From: Alkanindiges illinoisensis DSM 15370
Lineage (GTDB): Bacteria > Pseudomonadota > Gammaproteobacteria > Pseudomonadales > Moraxellaceae
DNA: 32,000 nucleotides
Direction: 5' to 3'
Assembly (NCBI RefSeq): GCF_000619845.1
Contig: NZ_KK211037.1
Span: 365,941 to 397,940, forward strand
Part shown: piece by piece, positions 18,341 through 30,732 of the stretch
How the letters are laid out: each line of letters opens with the position of its first letter
Position numbering within the stretch: the stretch's first letter is position 1
Notes under the pieces: generated by a model
What the model was told of the DNA's origin: nothing
What the model saw: only the letters and a program-made list of their open reading frames with translations
Database searches by the model: none
Position numbers and translations under genes: made by a program

Positions 18341-19252
18341 TTAGCGAACAGGAACTGTATGTTTAAGAAAGTTGATCTGGTCCTGTACCACATGCTCAAA
18401 CGCATCACCAACATAAATATCGAAGTGACCATAATCATAGCGTTTAATGTCCTTGCATGGAGTACGCTTGGCATGCCGTAAGGTGGCTTTAGCGGGGGCA
18501 ACCGTATCGGGATCACAGATACAGAACAACACAGGGGCTTTGATCTTGGGGGTACTGCGGCCAGGATAGTAGCGAATAATATCCAAGGCAAAACGGGCAG
18601 CCACAAAGTTCTTGTAGTCTGGGTCACACTGGGTCAGTGCTGTCAAACCTAACATGGCATCTGGGGCATTCATCAGGGCCATTTCGCCAGGATAGGCTGA
18701 CAAAGGCACCATTACTGGTGCTTGGCCAAATGCGGCACCAACCCGGTCACGGATTGCCAGTGCAGTGAGCTTGACTGAGGTGACAGGATGCATTACCAGA
18801 CTGGAGGCCAGACCATCAGTAAATGGACATTGTGAAACCACTGCTGCTAGTTTCGGTTCAGAGGCTGCAGTTGCCAGTACATGTCCACCGGAAAACGAGG
18901 AACCCCATAGAATGACTTTTTTTGGGTCTATATCAGGCAGACTGCGTGCATAGACAATCGCGGCCTTCCAATCTTCTAGCTGTTTATTGATGTCAAGCAG
19001 TTGGCGTGGTTCACCTTCGCTATCACCAAAGTGACGGTAATCAAATACCAGGCAGGCATACCCTTGTGCTACAAAGCGTTCGGCAAAAGCAGTCAAGCGC
19101 ATTTTTCGCGTGCCACCCAGACCATGCGCCATCACAATAATGGGAGAAGGTTTAGCTGCGGCCGGACGGTAAAGATAGGCACTACATTGAATACCGCCTG
19201 AGGCAAACTGGACATTAGCAGGTTGCAGCGGATTGGCTACTTTTTTGTTCAT
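18341..19252 (-). CDS. Alpha/beta-fold hydrolase
   Basis: The 303-aa product has the oxyanion region VMAHGLGGT, the nucleophile elbow LWGSSFSGGH and a C-terminal His region (YDYGHFDIY). Confidence 0.85.
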   Translation of the reverse strand: MNKKVANPLQPANVQFASGGIQCSAYLYRPAAAKPSPIIVMAHGLGGTRKMRLTAFAERFVAQGYACLVFDYRHFGDSEGEPRQLLDINKQLEDWKAAIVYARSLPDIDPKKVILWGSSFSGGHVLATAASEPKLAAVVSQCPFTDGLASSLVMHPVTSVKLTALAIRDRVGAAFGQAPVMVPLSAYPGEMALMNAPDAMLGLTALTQCDPDYKNFVAARFALDIIRYYPGRSTPKIKAPVLFCICDPDTVAPAKATLRHAKRTPCKDIKRYDYGHFDIYVGDAFEHVVQDQINFLKHTVPVR

Positions 19253-19365
19253 GGTAAAAATTCCATCAGGCGGTTGATGATGGGATTTTCACGCAATGCC
19301 GACCAGACAGCTTGACGCTTGCTGCCAGAATGCTTGATATTTTGCGCCATAAAAAAGTTAAACAT
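19249..19365 (-). CDS. Candidate 38-aa small protein, translationally coupled to the hydrolase gene
   Basis: I found this ORF by hand; it is below the track's size cut-off. The product is MFNFFMAQNIKHSGSKRQAVWSALRENPIINRLMEFLP. AGGAAA sits 5 nt before the ATG, and its TGA overlaps the hydrolase ATG as ATGA. I recognise no family. Confidence 0.25.
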   Translation of the reverse strand: MFNFFMAQNIKHSGSKRQAVWSALRENPIINRLMEFLP

Positions 19366-19753
19366 ATCGTTTCCTGTAATTGAATAGTTTTTAGGGTTTA
19401 ATCTGGGACTACTCATTAAGGTGAGAATTGAAAGTATAGGGTACGTTGATGGTTACTAGTTTGAGTAGATTTCCCCTAACCCTATTAAATGAAAGTCATA
19501 TTGATGAGGCAGCCTTAATCAGGCTGGTTATCTTTATTTAAGTCACATGCTGCTTCAAAATTTGCTGTTTTTTATTATTTAAACCAGGCAAAAAATAAGT
19601 TCTTTTATAACTTGTTTGAATTGAATTTTATGGTGCTCGTTTGTAGTGCATTAAAATGATGCTGGAGCAGTTTTAGTGCATTCACTTAATAAATAAAAAA
19701 TAGAATATTAATAGTTTTATAAAAAAATAAATAAAATCAATTAATTAAAAACA

Positions 19754-19769
19754 TGGCGCATACTTTGCA
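19754..19769 (+). promoter_or_regulatory. Sigma-54 (RpoN) -24/-12 promoter
   Basis: TGGCGC-ATACT-TTGCA matches TGGCAC-N5-TTGCW, with the GG and GC dinucleotides at the exact canonical spacing. It lies about 115 nt upstream of the riboswitch aptamer, and an AT-rich bendable region is further upstream. Confidence 0.6.
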
Positions 19770-19884
19770 TTATAGCGTGTATTGAGAGTACATCAATCAT
19801 GCTGCGATTTGCATCATTGGGTACATACACTCATGATGGAAAGGCTTGAACTTAAGGCCATTTGCATCACAGTCTATTTAAAGT

Positions 19885-20032
19885 TTGCTAGGGTTCCGGT
19901 TTTTGTAGGTCACAAAGATGCCTGGTCCGAGAGCAAACGGTTCTAACCAATTTTTGGTTTGGAACTACACGGCGGGACAAAAGCCCGGGAGATAAAACAC
20001 CTGCACCAGCCAGTGTGTACTCTCTGTTTTTT
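19885..20032 (+). promoter_or_regulatory. Guanidine-I riboswitch (ykkC-yxkD class) with a terminator-type expression platform
   Basis: All three conserved blocks of the ykkC aptamer are present in order: CTAGGGTTCCGG (19888-), CTGGTCCGAGAG (19922-) and ACACGGCGGGACAAAAGCCCGGGAGA (19967-19992). Downstream, a hairpin forms from GAGA...ACACCTG-caccagc-CAG(T)GTGT...TCTC, followed by T6 (20027-20032). Its 5' arm reuses the aptamer's 3' GGGAGA, as expected for an ON switch. Confidence 0.9.
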
Positions 20033-20058
20033 GGTTTGTCCTGTTGTGGAGTATGAGC

Positions 20059-20823
20059 ATGTCTTATTCATTATATTCTGTTGATCAGCCATTATGGTAC
20101 GAGCGATTACCCGGCGGACATCACTGGTCTGGCCGTGTTCGCCGCGGTACTGTGCTGCAATTTAAGGCCGAAGCAAGTAACGCCAACCTGTCGGTACTGT
20201 TTTTTAATGCCGAGGAAAAGCTGGAACGCTATAACATGCCGGATACCCTAAAGGCACAGCACACGGCATTTTTAACGGCCGGCCATGTCTGTTATTCCGA
20301 CATGGGCCGGGTGATGTGCTCAATCATTCGTGACGATACCGGCTGGATTGATACACTTTGCGGTGTGGCCGATGCTAGCCAGATTCAGGCGCAATACGGC
20401 AGTAAAACCTTTGGTGACGCCCGCAATGCCATGTTCCGCAATGGACGTGATGGCTTTCTGGTGGAAATGGAAAAGTGGGGACTGGGCCAGCAGGATCTGG
20501 TGGCCAATATCAACCTGTTCAGCAAGGTCAGTGCTGATGACCACGATGACAATCAGGGCGCACTGGTGTGGGCTGAGCAGCACAGCAAGGCAGATAACAT
20601 CATTGAGCTGCGTTTTGAGATGGAAACCCTGCTGATATTGTCCAGCGCGCCGCATCCACTCAATCCGGCGACCATTTACCAGCCTGCTGATATTTCAATC
20701 ACCGCTTATAAAGCAAACCCCATTGCACCTGATGACCTGTGCCGCAATTCCTGCCCGCAAAACCAGCGCGGTTTTGCCAATAACGCCCGCTATTTTGCTG
20801 AGCCCAGTTTAAGCCAATTTTGA
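20059..20823 (+). CDS. DUF1989 / urea-carboxylase-associated family protein (carboxyguanidine deiminase subunit type)
   Basis: This is the first gene after the riboswitch and one of two paralogous DUF1989-type ORFs preceding the carboxylase. I set the start at ATG 20059, 7 nt after GGAG; the track's 20044 is a TTG. Confidence 0.85.
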   Translation: MSYSLYSVDQPLWYERLPGGHHWSGRVRRGTVLQFKAEASNANLSVLFFNAEEKLERYNMPDTLKAQHTAFLTAGHVCYSDMGRVMCSIIRDDTGWIDTLCGVADASQIQAQYGSKTFGDARNAMFRNGRDGFLVEMEKWGLGQQDLVANINLFSKVSADDHDDNQGALVWAEQHSKADNIIELRFEMETLLILSSAPHPLNPATIYQPADISITAYKANPIAPDDLCRNSCPQNQRGFANNARYFAEPSLSQF

Positions 20824-20889
20824 CCAGAATAGTGACGAATTGAGCGTATCTAATTTCGTGCATCACGACTGAATTTAAGGAATAACAAC

Positions 20890-21588
20890 ATGGTCATTCA
20901 ATTTAAAGAAAGTACTTTACTGGAAAGCAATGCCATCCTGAATGAAGTTTGCCCTGCCGGTGAAGCCTGGATGGGCCTGGTCAAAAAAGGCCAGACGTTT
21001 CGTATTGTGGATCTGGAGGGCAATCAGGCCGTTGATACCCTGTTTATTAGTGCGCATGATGCCAATGAACGCTACAGCCCTAGCCAGACTATTGTGGCTA
21101 GCAGCCAGCTTTATCTGGGGCTGGGTTCAAGGTTGTATAGCAATGAAAACCGTCATATTGCCACCATCACAGCAGATACCTGTGGTCGCCATGACACCCT
21201 GGGTGGCGCCTGTTCGTGCGAAAGCAATACCGTGCGCTATGCTCATGACAAATATCCCATGCACAGTTGCCGCAATAATTTTATGTACGCGCTGGCCAAC
21301 CACCCGATTGCCCAAAAGGCAGGTTTAACCGTGCGGCATATTGGTGCCAACATTAACTTTTTTATGAATGTGCCCGTAACGCCAGACGGCCATTTACGCT
21401 TTGCTGATGGCATTTCTGCTGCCGGTAAATATGTGGAGCTGCAAGCCCAGATTGATTTGATTGTGCTGATTTCCAACTGTCCGCAGCTTAATAATCCGTG
21501 TAATGCCTACAACCCGACAGCCATTCGCTTGCTGGTCTGGGACACCATCGCAGATTCAACCACCCCACACTGCGGAGAGGCAGCCTGA
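20890..21588 (+). CDS. DUF1989 / urea-carboxylase-associated family protein (second carboxyguanidine deiminase subunit type)
   Basis: The 232-aa product is a paralogue of the previous gene (TFRIVDLEGNQAVDTLF, Cys-rich GGACSCESN). Its stop lies 1 nt before the carboxylase ATG. Confidence 0.85.
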   Translation: MVIQFKESTLLESNAILNEVCPAGEAWMGLVKKGQTFRIVDLEGNQAVDTLFISAHDANERYSPSQTIVASSQLYLGLGSRLYSNENRHIATITADTCGRHDTLGGACSCESNTVRYAHDKYPMHSCRNNFMYALANHPIAQKAGLTVRHIGANINFFMNVPVTPDGHLRFADGISAAGKYVELQAQIDLIVLISNCPQLNNPCNAYNPTAIRLLVWDTIADSTTPHCGEAA

Positions 21589-21589
21589 T

Positions 21590-25245
<3,656 letters not shown>

Positions 25246-25249
<4 letters not shown>

Positions 25250-26610
25250 CTGAGCACACACGAGAATTTGATTTGACTGATCTCAGTATTAGTAATCTGC
25301 GGACGGCTTATGCACAGGGCCTGACTCCGCTGCAACTGGTGGAATATCTGCTTGAGCGCATACAGGCGGAAGATTCTGGGGACAGCCATCAGGTCTGGAT
25401 TTATCAGCTCAGTGCAGACTGGCTGCGCGATTATACGCAACAACTGGCCCGTAAAAACCCGGCTGACTTGCCACTGTATGGGATTCCCTTTGCTATCAAG
25501 GACAATATTGATCTGGCAGGCGTGCCAACCACAGCCGCGTGCCCGAACTTTGCTAATGTACCAACAACTTCTGCCACCGTGGTGCAAAAGCTCATGGATG
25601 CTGGGGCCATTCCACTGGGCAAAACCAATCTGGACCAGTTTGCTACGGGATTAAATGGTACGCGGTCACCGTATGGCGTAGCGCGCAATAGCATTAATCC
25701 GGAATATATTGCTGGTGGTTCCAGCTCAGGTTCGGCACTGACAGTGGCTTTAAATCTGGCGTCATTTGCATTAGGCACCGATACGGCTGGTTCAGGCCGG
25801 GTGCCTGCTGCCTTTAATCAATTGGTGGGTGTAAAACCAACCTGCGGCTTATTGTCCAATAGTGGGGTTGTGCCTGCGTGCCGCAGTCTGGACAGTATAT
25901 CGATTTTTGCCAAAAATGCCGCCGATAGCCTTACCGTGCTAGAGGTTGCGCAAGGCTTTGATCCTAAAGAGCCGTATAGCAAGCCCATCCTGCTGGCAGA
26001 GCCAAAACTAGTAAAAACCATTGGCATTCCCCGGGCGGATCAGTTGCAGTTCTTTGGCGATAGTGACTATGCGGCGCTGTTTGCCAAGGCAATTCATCAA
26101 CTGCAAGCTCAGGGCTTTAGCGTGCAGGAAGTAGATTTTACGCCATTTCTGGAAGCGGCAAAATTGCTGTATGCCGGGCCATGGGTGGCTGAGCGCTACC
26201 ATGTGGTGCAGCATTTAATCCAGCAGCAGCCGGACAGTTTATTGCCCGTCATCCGTCAAATTATTGGCAAGGCCACGCAATTTAGTGCCGTGGATTGTTT
26301 TGCTGCCTTTTACCAGTTGGCCGAATACAAGTGTCAGGCTAACCAGATCATGGCATCGGTGGATGTAATGCTCACGCCAACGGCAGGCACTATTTTTAAA
26401 ATTAATGACATGCTAGCCAATCCGGTTGAACTCAATAACCAGCTCGGCTATTACACCAACTTCATGAACCTGCTGGATTTCTCGGCAATTGCGCTCCCAG
26501 CCGGACAGCGTGCTGATGGCTTGCCGTTTGGTATTACCTTCTTTGCAGCGGCGGCACAGGATTTAACCCTGCTTGATCTGGCGCAGCAACTGGAACAGGT
26601 ACTGGGCTAA
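25246..26610 (+). CDS. Allophanate hydrolase, amidase-signature (AS) catalytic domain only
   Basis: The product has the AS motifs FAIKDNIDLAG (catalytic Lys) and GGSSSGSA (Ser-cisSer). Its ATG overlaps the carboxylase stop (ATGA). At 454 aa it ends at the usual boundary between the AS domain and the C-terminal domain. Confidence 0.9.
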
Positions 26611-26647
26611 CCCGTAACAGGAAAGAAAATAGGATAGGAAAGAAAAT

Positions 26648-27043
26648 ATGAAAGACACGATTGATGTGGTGGTATGCGGCGCACATTTATCCGGCATGGC
26701 CTTGAATCCACAGTTGATTGAACGCGGCGCCATGCTAATCGAAACCACTGAATCTGCTGCTGAATACCGCTTGTATGCCATTGCAGGTGGCCCACCGTTT
26801 CGTCCTGCCATGGTAAAAGTTAGTCAGGATGGTGTGGCTATTCCTGTCGAGGTATGGCGTTTGTCGGCGGCGGCCTTTGGGGATTTTGTCAGCCTGATTC
26901 CAGCGCCACTGGGTATTGGCAAGGTCAGGCTGGCAGATGGCAGAGTAGAGTGCGGTTTTATTGCCGAACCGATTGCACTGGACGGCGCAACTGATATTAG
27001 CCATTTTGGGGGTTGGCGCAATTATCTTGCCAGTGTGCAGTAG
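26648..27043 (+). CDS. Allophanate hydrolase C-terminal domain protein (stand-alone)
   Basis: The 131-aa product (IDVVVCGAHLSGMALNPQLIERGA...YRLYAI...VEVWRLSAAAFGDFVSLIPAPLGIGKVRLADG) matches the C-terminal domain of about 130 aa in full-length allophanate hydrolases. It has its own AGGA RBS and lies in a different frame from the AS-domain ORF. Confidence 0.75.
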   Translation: MKDTIDVVVCGAHLSGMALNPQLIERGAMLIETTESAAEYRLYAIAGGPPFRPAMVKVSQDGVAIPVEVWRLSAAAFGDFVSLIPAPLGIGKVRLADGRVECGFIAEPIALDGATDISHFGGWRNYLASVQ

Positions 27044-27124
27044 CAGTTTTGAGGTGAATGGCTGAATTTTTATTGCCAAAACAATTCAGCGTTAACAATC
27101 CAATGCTAATAGCCTAACGCTTAA

Positions 27125-27158
27125 TAAAAAAGCAGTACCGTACGGGCTGCTTTTTTTT
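27125..27158 (+). terminator. Rho-independent terminator ending the riboswitch-controlled operon
   Basis: The sequence AAAAAGCAGT-accgtacg-GGCTGC is followed by T8. Confidence 0.75.
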
Positions 27159-27347
27159 ATAAAGACTGGTCGAAAGGGCAATCACAGTGCATCTACCCGC
27201 TTTTGTAAAACAAGCTGGGCCATAACGGTGCATGGCAGATCACAAGGGAAATTTATCTTGTTTATTTAGAATTCTTATTTCAAAAATAATTAATTTTATC
27301 AAATGCTTAGTTGGATAAAAATTTTACCTGAAACATGATTTTTGTTC

Positions 27348-27363
27348 TGGCACAGGGCTTGCT
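27348..27363 (+). promoter_or_regulatory. Sigma-54 (RpoN) -24/-12 promoter of the ABC transporter operon
   Basis: TGGCAC-AGGGC-TTGCT is a near-perfect match to TGGCAC-N5-TTGCW. It lies about 60 nt upstream of the SBP start codon. Confidence 0.7.
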
Positions 27364-27423
27364 TAGTACTCAGTATTACTAAAAGCAGTTTTTGTCATAC
27401 TGCATTGTCTTGAGGATATTCAC

Positions 27424-28485
27424 ATGATGAGTTTGTCCGTTTTACCGTCCAGAATGCCTGCCACGGCCTTACTGATTGCCATGCTGGCAAGTATCAGCCT
27501 GTTGTCGGGCTGTAGTAAAAGCAATGAGTCACCCACCACAACATCGGATAGCACTACTGCGGCCTCATCCAGCAGCAGTGCCGCACCCTTAAAGGTGGGT
27601 TATAGCGACTGGCCCGGCTGGGTGGCATGGCAGGTGGCCATTGAAAAAGGCTGGATTAAAGAGGCTGGCCTGAACGTGGATTTTCAGTGGTTTGATTATT
27701 CGGCATCATTGTCTGCCTTTGCAGCAGGCAAGCTGGATGGCGTGCTGGTCACCAACGGCGATAATCTGGTCAATGCTTCATCTGGCAGTCGTGGCATCAT
27801 CATTCTGGCTACCGATTACTCCAGCGGCAATGACATGATCATTGGTAAAAAGGGCATCAATTCACTGGCCGACCTAAAAGGCAAAACTGTGGCGGTAGAA
27901 AAAGGGCTGGTGGATCACCTGCTGCTTAACACCGCACTGGCCAAAAATAATATTGCCCCGGATTCCATTACCTTACTGAATGCACCCACCAATGAAATGC
28001 CGCAGGTACTGGCCTCTGGCAAGGTCGATGCAGTTGCCGTATGGCAGCCCGTTGCCGGACAGGCCCTCAAGGCTGTGGCTGGTTCCAAGGCACTGTATAC
28101 CTCTGCTGATGCACCGGGCCTGATTTACGATACGCTGGCAGTTTCGCCCAGCAGCCTTGGCCAGCACCGCGCTGACTGGGTAAAACTAAGCAAGGTCTGG
28201 GACAAAGTGGTGCATTACATCAATGACCCGAAAACCCAGCCGGATGCCTTAAAGATTATGTCAGCACGGGTAGGGCTGGAACCTGCCGCCTATGCCGAGT
28301 TTTTAAATGGTACCCACCTGCTGGACCTTGAAGGCAATAAAGGCGTGATGGTGAAAAAAGACGGCCTGGATTCACTGTATGGCTCGTCCTATAACGTCAA
28401 TAAATTCAACGTGGACAATGGCATTTATAACAAGCCAGTGAATGTTGACAGCCTGATTGATCCATCCGTGGTCAATGCAAAGTAA
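27424..28485 (+). CDS. ABC transporter substrate-binding lipoprotein, NitT/TauT (NMT1/SsuA-like) family; putative guanidine/nitrogen-compound binding
   Basis: The signal peptide has a lipobox (LLSGC) followed by a Ser/Thr-rich linker. The periplasmic-binding fold begins LKVGYSDWPGWVAW. GAGGA sits 7 nt before the ATG. Confidence 0.85.
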   Translation: MMSLSVLPSRMPATALLIAMLASISLLSGCSKSNESPTTTSDSTTAASSSSSAAPLKVGYSDWPGWVAWQVAIEKGWIKEAGLNVDFQWFDYSASLSAFAAGKLDGVLVTNGDNLVNASSGSRGIIILATDYSSGNDMIIGKKGINSLADLKGKTVAVEKGLVDHLLLNTALAKNNIAPDSITLLNAPTNEMPQVLASGKVDAVAVWQPVAGQALKAVAGSKALYTSADAPGLIYDTLAVSPSSLGQHRADWVKLSKVWDKVVHYINDPKTQPDALKIMSARVGLEPAAYAEFLNGTHLLDLEGNKGVMVKKDGLDSLYGSSYNVNKFNVDNGIYNKPVNVDSLIDPSVVNAK

Positions 28486-28796
28486 CTAAATGAATGAAAT
28501 GCGTGTTCACGCAGCAGGTATCCGCATGTCCAAAGCCATGTATTCCATTTATCAGCAACTGGTGCAACCACTTGGCCGCTACGGGCTTTTGCTGCTGCGT
28601 CTTTTAGCCCTGCGCGCTGGAGACAATGCACAGACACACCAGCTTTTATTGCAAAAATCACAGGCAATCAAGCCATCAAAGCAATCATAGCGAAGCGCAT
28701 TGCATTATTTTTAGGGGAGTAGGGCAGCTATTCAGGCTGCCAATGCTAGGGCTGGGCCTGGACAAGAGACTTGCTCAACCGGGGTAAAGTGGAATT

Positions 28797-29744
28797 ATGG
28801 TAAAAATATCTCAGGCCTTAAGTGCCAAACAAAATATTAGCCTGGGGGTACTGTCTTTCTTGCTGCCCTTACTGGTGTGGTGTGCAGTCAGCTATTTGCC
28901 GTTTATCTGGCATTCGCAGGTCATGATCAAGAATGCGGGCGATGTGGTTTATTTTGAACCAAATACCCGGATTGAACGTGATGTGTTTAATATGGAAGCC
29001 CACAATATGCAGACGCAAGGTTTGCAGATTCCTGAGGGCACACCCGTCAACCCGGTATATTTACCAGCCCCGCATGAAGTTGCCAAAGCACTGGTGACTG
29101 CATTTACCACGCCACCACCACAACCTACTGATCCGTGGCTACATCAAAGCCTGTGGCATAGTGTCAAACTGGTGTTTATTGCCTTTTTTATTTCATCGCT
29201 GATTGGTGTGCCTTTAGGGGTGTTGTGTGGCCATTCCCGCATTATTTCGCGGCTGGTGGAACCATTTGTGGAATTTTTTCGCTACTTGCCAGCACCTGCA
29301 TTTGGTGCCCTGATGGTAGCAATTCTGGGTATTTATGATGCGCCCAAGATTGCCATTATTGTAATTGGCACCTTGTTTCAGCAAATCCTGATTATTGCCA
29401 ACACCACCCGCAAGCTGGAAAACGGCTTGCTGGAAGCGGGCTTAACACTGGGCGCCAACCGCCGCCAGTTGCTGGGTCATGTGGTAATTCCCGGCATTTT
29501 ACCCGATGTGTACCGTGACCAGCGTGTCCTGCTGGGCTGGGCCTGGACTTACCTGATTGTGGCAGAACTGGTGGGCACCAGCTCCGGTATTACCTGGTTT
29601 ATTACCCAGCAGGCGCGTTACCAGAATTTTGACAATGTTTACGCAGCTATTTTGATTATTGGCGTGATTGGACTGGTGACCGACCTGATTCTGGCCTGGC
29701 TGGGCAAACGTCTGTTCCGTTGGGATAAAGGAGCAAAAAAATGA
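28797..29744 (+). CDS. ABC transporter permease (NitT/TauT family)
   Basis: The 315-aa multi-TM protein has an EAA-like loop (LEAGLTLGANRRQLLGHVVIPGILP). Its stop overlaps the ATPase ATG (ATGA). Confidence 0.85.
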   Translation: MVKISQALSAKQNISLGVLSFLLPLLVWCAVSYLPFIWHSQVMIKNAGDVVYFEPNTRIERDVFNMEAHNMQTQGLQIPEGTPVNPVYLPAPHEVAKALVTAFTTPPPQPTDPWLHQSLWHSVKLVFIAFFISSLIGVPLGVLCGHSRIISRLVEPFVEFFRYLPAPAFGALMVAILGIYDAPKIAIIVIGTLFQQILIIANTTRKLENGLLEAGLTLGANRRQLLGHVVIPGILPDVYRDQRVLLGWAWTYLIVAELVGTSSGITWFITQQARYQNFDNVYAAILIIGVIGLVTDLILAWLGKRLFRWDKGAKK

Positions 29745-30667
29745 CCGAACTTCAAATAACCGAACTCAAATCCTTGCAGTTTTACCAGATGCAGCCTGAG
29801 GTACAGGCCCGCTTTGGCCAGATTTACCAGCGTCCGGTGGTACTAAAAGTAGAAAAGCTGTCCAAGTATTATCACGGACAGGGCGAGAAAAAACTGGCAT
29901 TAAAAGACCTGAGCCTTGACATTTACCGCCGCGAATTTGTTTGCGTGATAGGGCCGTCCGGTTGTGGCAAGTCTACCTTTAGCCGCATTGTGGCCGGGCT
30001 GGAACCCTATGATGGCGGCAACGTTAAAGTGGATGATGAACAGGTGGGTGGCCCCTGCCGTAACCGGGGCATGGTGTTTCAGGGCTATACCCTGTTTCCA
30101 TGGCGCACCGTCAAGCAAAATGTCATGTTTGGCCCGCAAATGAACGGGGCTGACCGTGACAGCGCCGAAAAAGCTGCCCTGCAATGGCTGGAACTGATAG
30201 GGCTTGAACAATATGCCGATGCCTTTCCTGACCAGTTATCTGGTGGCATGAAACAACGGGTGGCCATTGCCCGTGCGCTGGTCAATGAACCTAAAATCCT
30301 GCTAATGGATGAACCCTTTGGCGCACTGGACCCGCACACCCGACAAAAAATGCAGCAACACCTGCTGGATATCTGGCGCAATATTGACATCACGGTGATT
30401 TTTGTCACCCATGACATGGATGAAGCTATTTTGCTGGCTGACCGCATTGTGGTGCTCAAAGCCAACCCGGGTGAACTGATTGAAATTATTGAAGTGCCCG
30501 TGTCCCGTCCGCGTCATCCCAGCCAAATGAACAGTCCAGAATTTATTGCCGTGCGCAACCATATTAACCAACTGGTGCATGGCGACGATGAAACGGAAGT
30601 GGAACCTGCACTGGCGGAGTTACCGCATATTCCACGCATGACCCGCGTGGATGACCGGGTTGAGTAA
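29741..30667 (+). CDS. ABC transporter ATP-binding protein (NitT/TauT family)
   Basis: The product has Walker A GPSGCGKST, a Q-loop, signature LSGGMKQRV, Walker B ILLMDEPFGALD and an H-loop (VTHD). Confidence 0.95.
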   Translation: MTELQITELKSLQFYQMQPEVQARFGQIYQRPVVLKVEKLSKYYHGQGEKKLALKDLSLDIYRREFVCVIGPSGCGKSTFSRIVAGLEPYDGGNVKVDDEQVGGPCRNRGMVFQGYTLFPWRTVKQNVMFGPQMNGADRDSAEKAALQWLELIGLEQYADAFPDQLSGGMKQRVAIARALVNEPKILLMDEPFGALDPHTRQKMQQHLLDIWRNIDITVIFVTHDMDEAILLADRIVVLKANPGELIEIIEVPVSRPRHPSQMNSPEFIAVRNHINQLVHGDDETEVEPALAELPHIPRMTRVDDRVE

Positions 30668-30732
30668 ATCAAGATGCAAAGCAGATCAATGTAGCGCCAG
30701 TTAAGACAGCAAATTTTTCTAAGAGATCAGCA

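Noticed and set aside
19807-19870. Additional TTGCAT elements, considered as extra sigma-54 -12 boxes
   Set aside because: Neither has a GG dinucleotide at the required 11-nt upstream spacing. They are reported only as a repeat.
28486-28796. A search for a second guanidine riboswitch (guanidine-II mini-ykkC ACGR-loop hairpin pair, or guanidine-III) in the SBP/permease spacer and in the 27364-27423 leader
   Set aside because: The only ACGG occurrence (GCCGCTACGGGC, about 28585-28596) cannot form the C-G-closed ACGR tetraloop hairpin, and there is no partner hairpin. The 27.4-kb leader is too short for any known aptamer.
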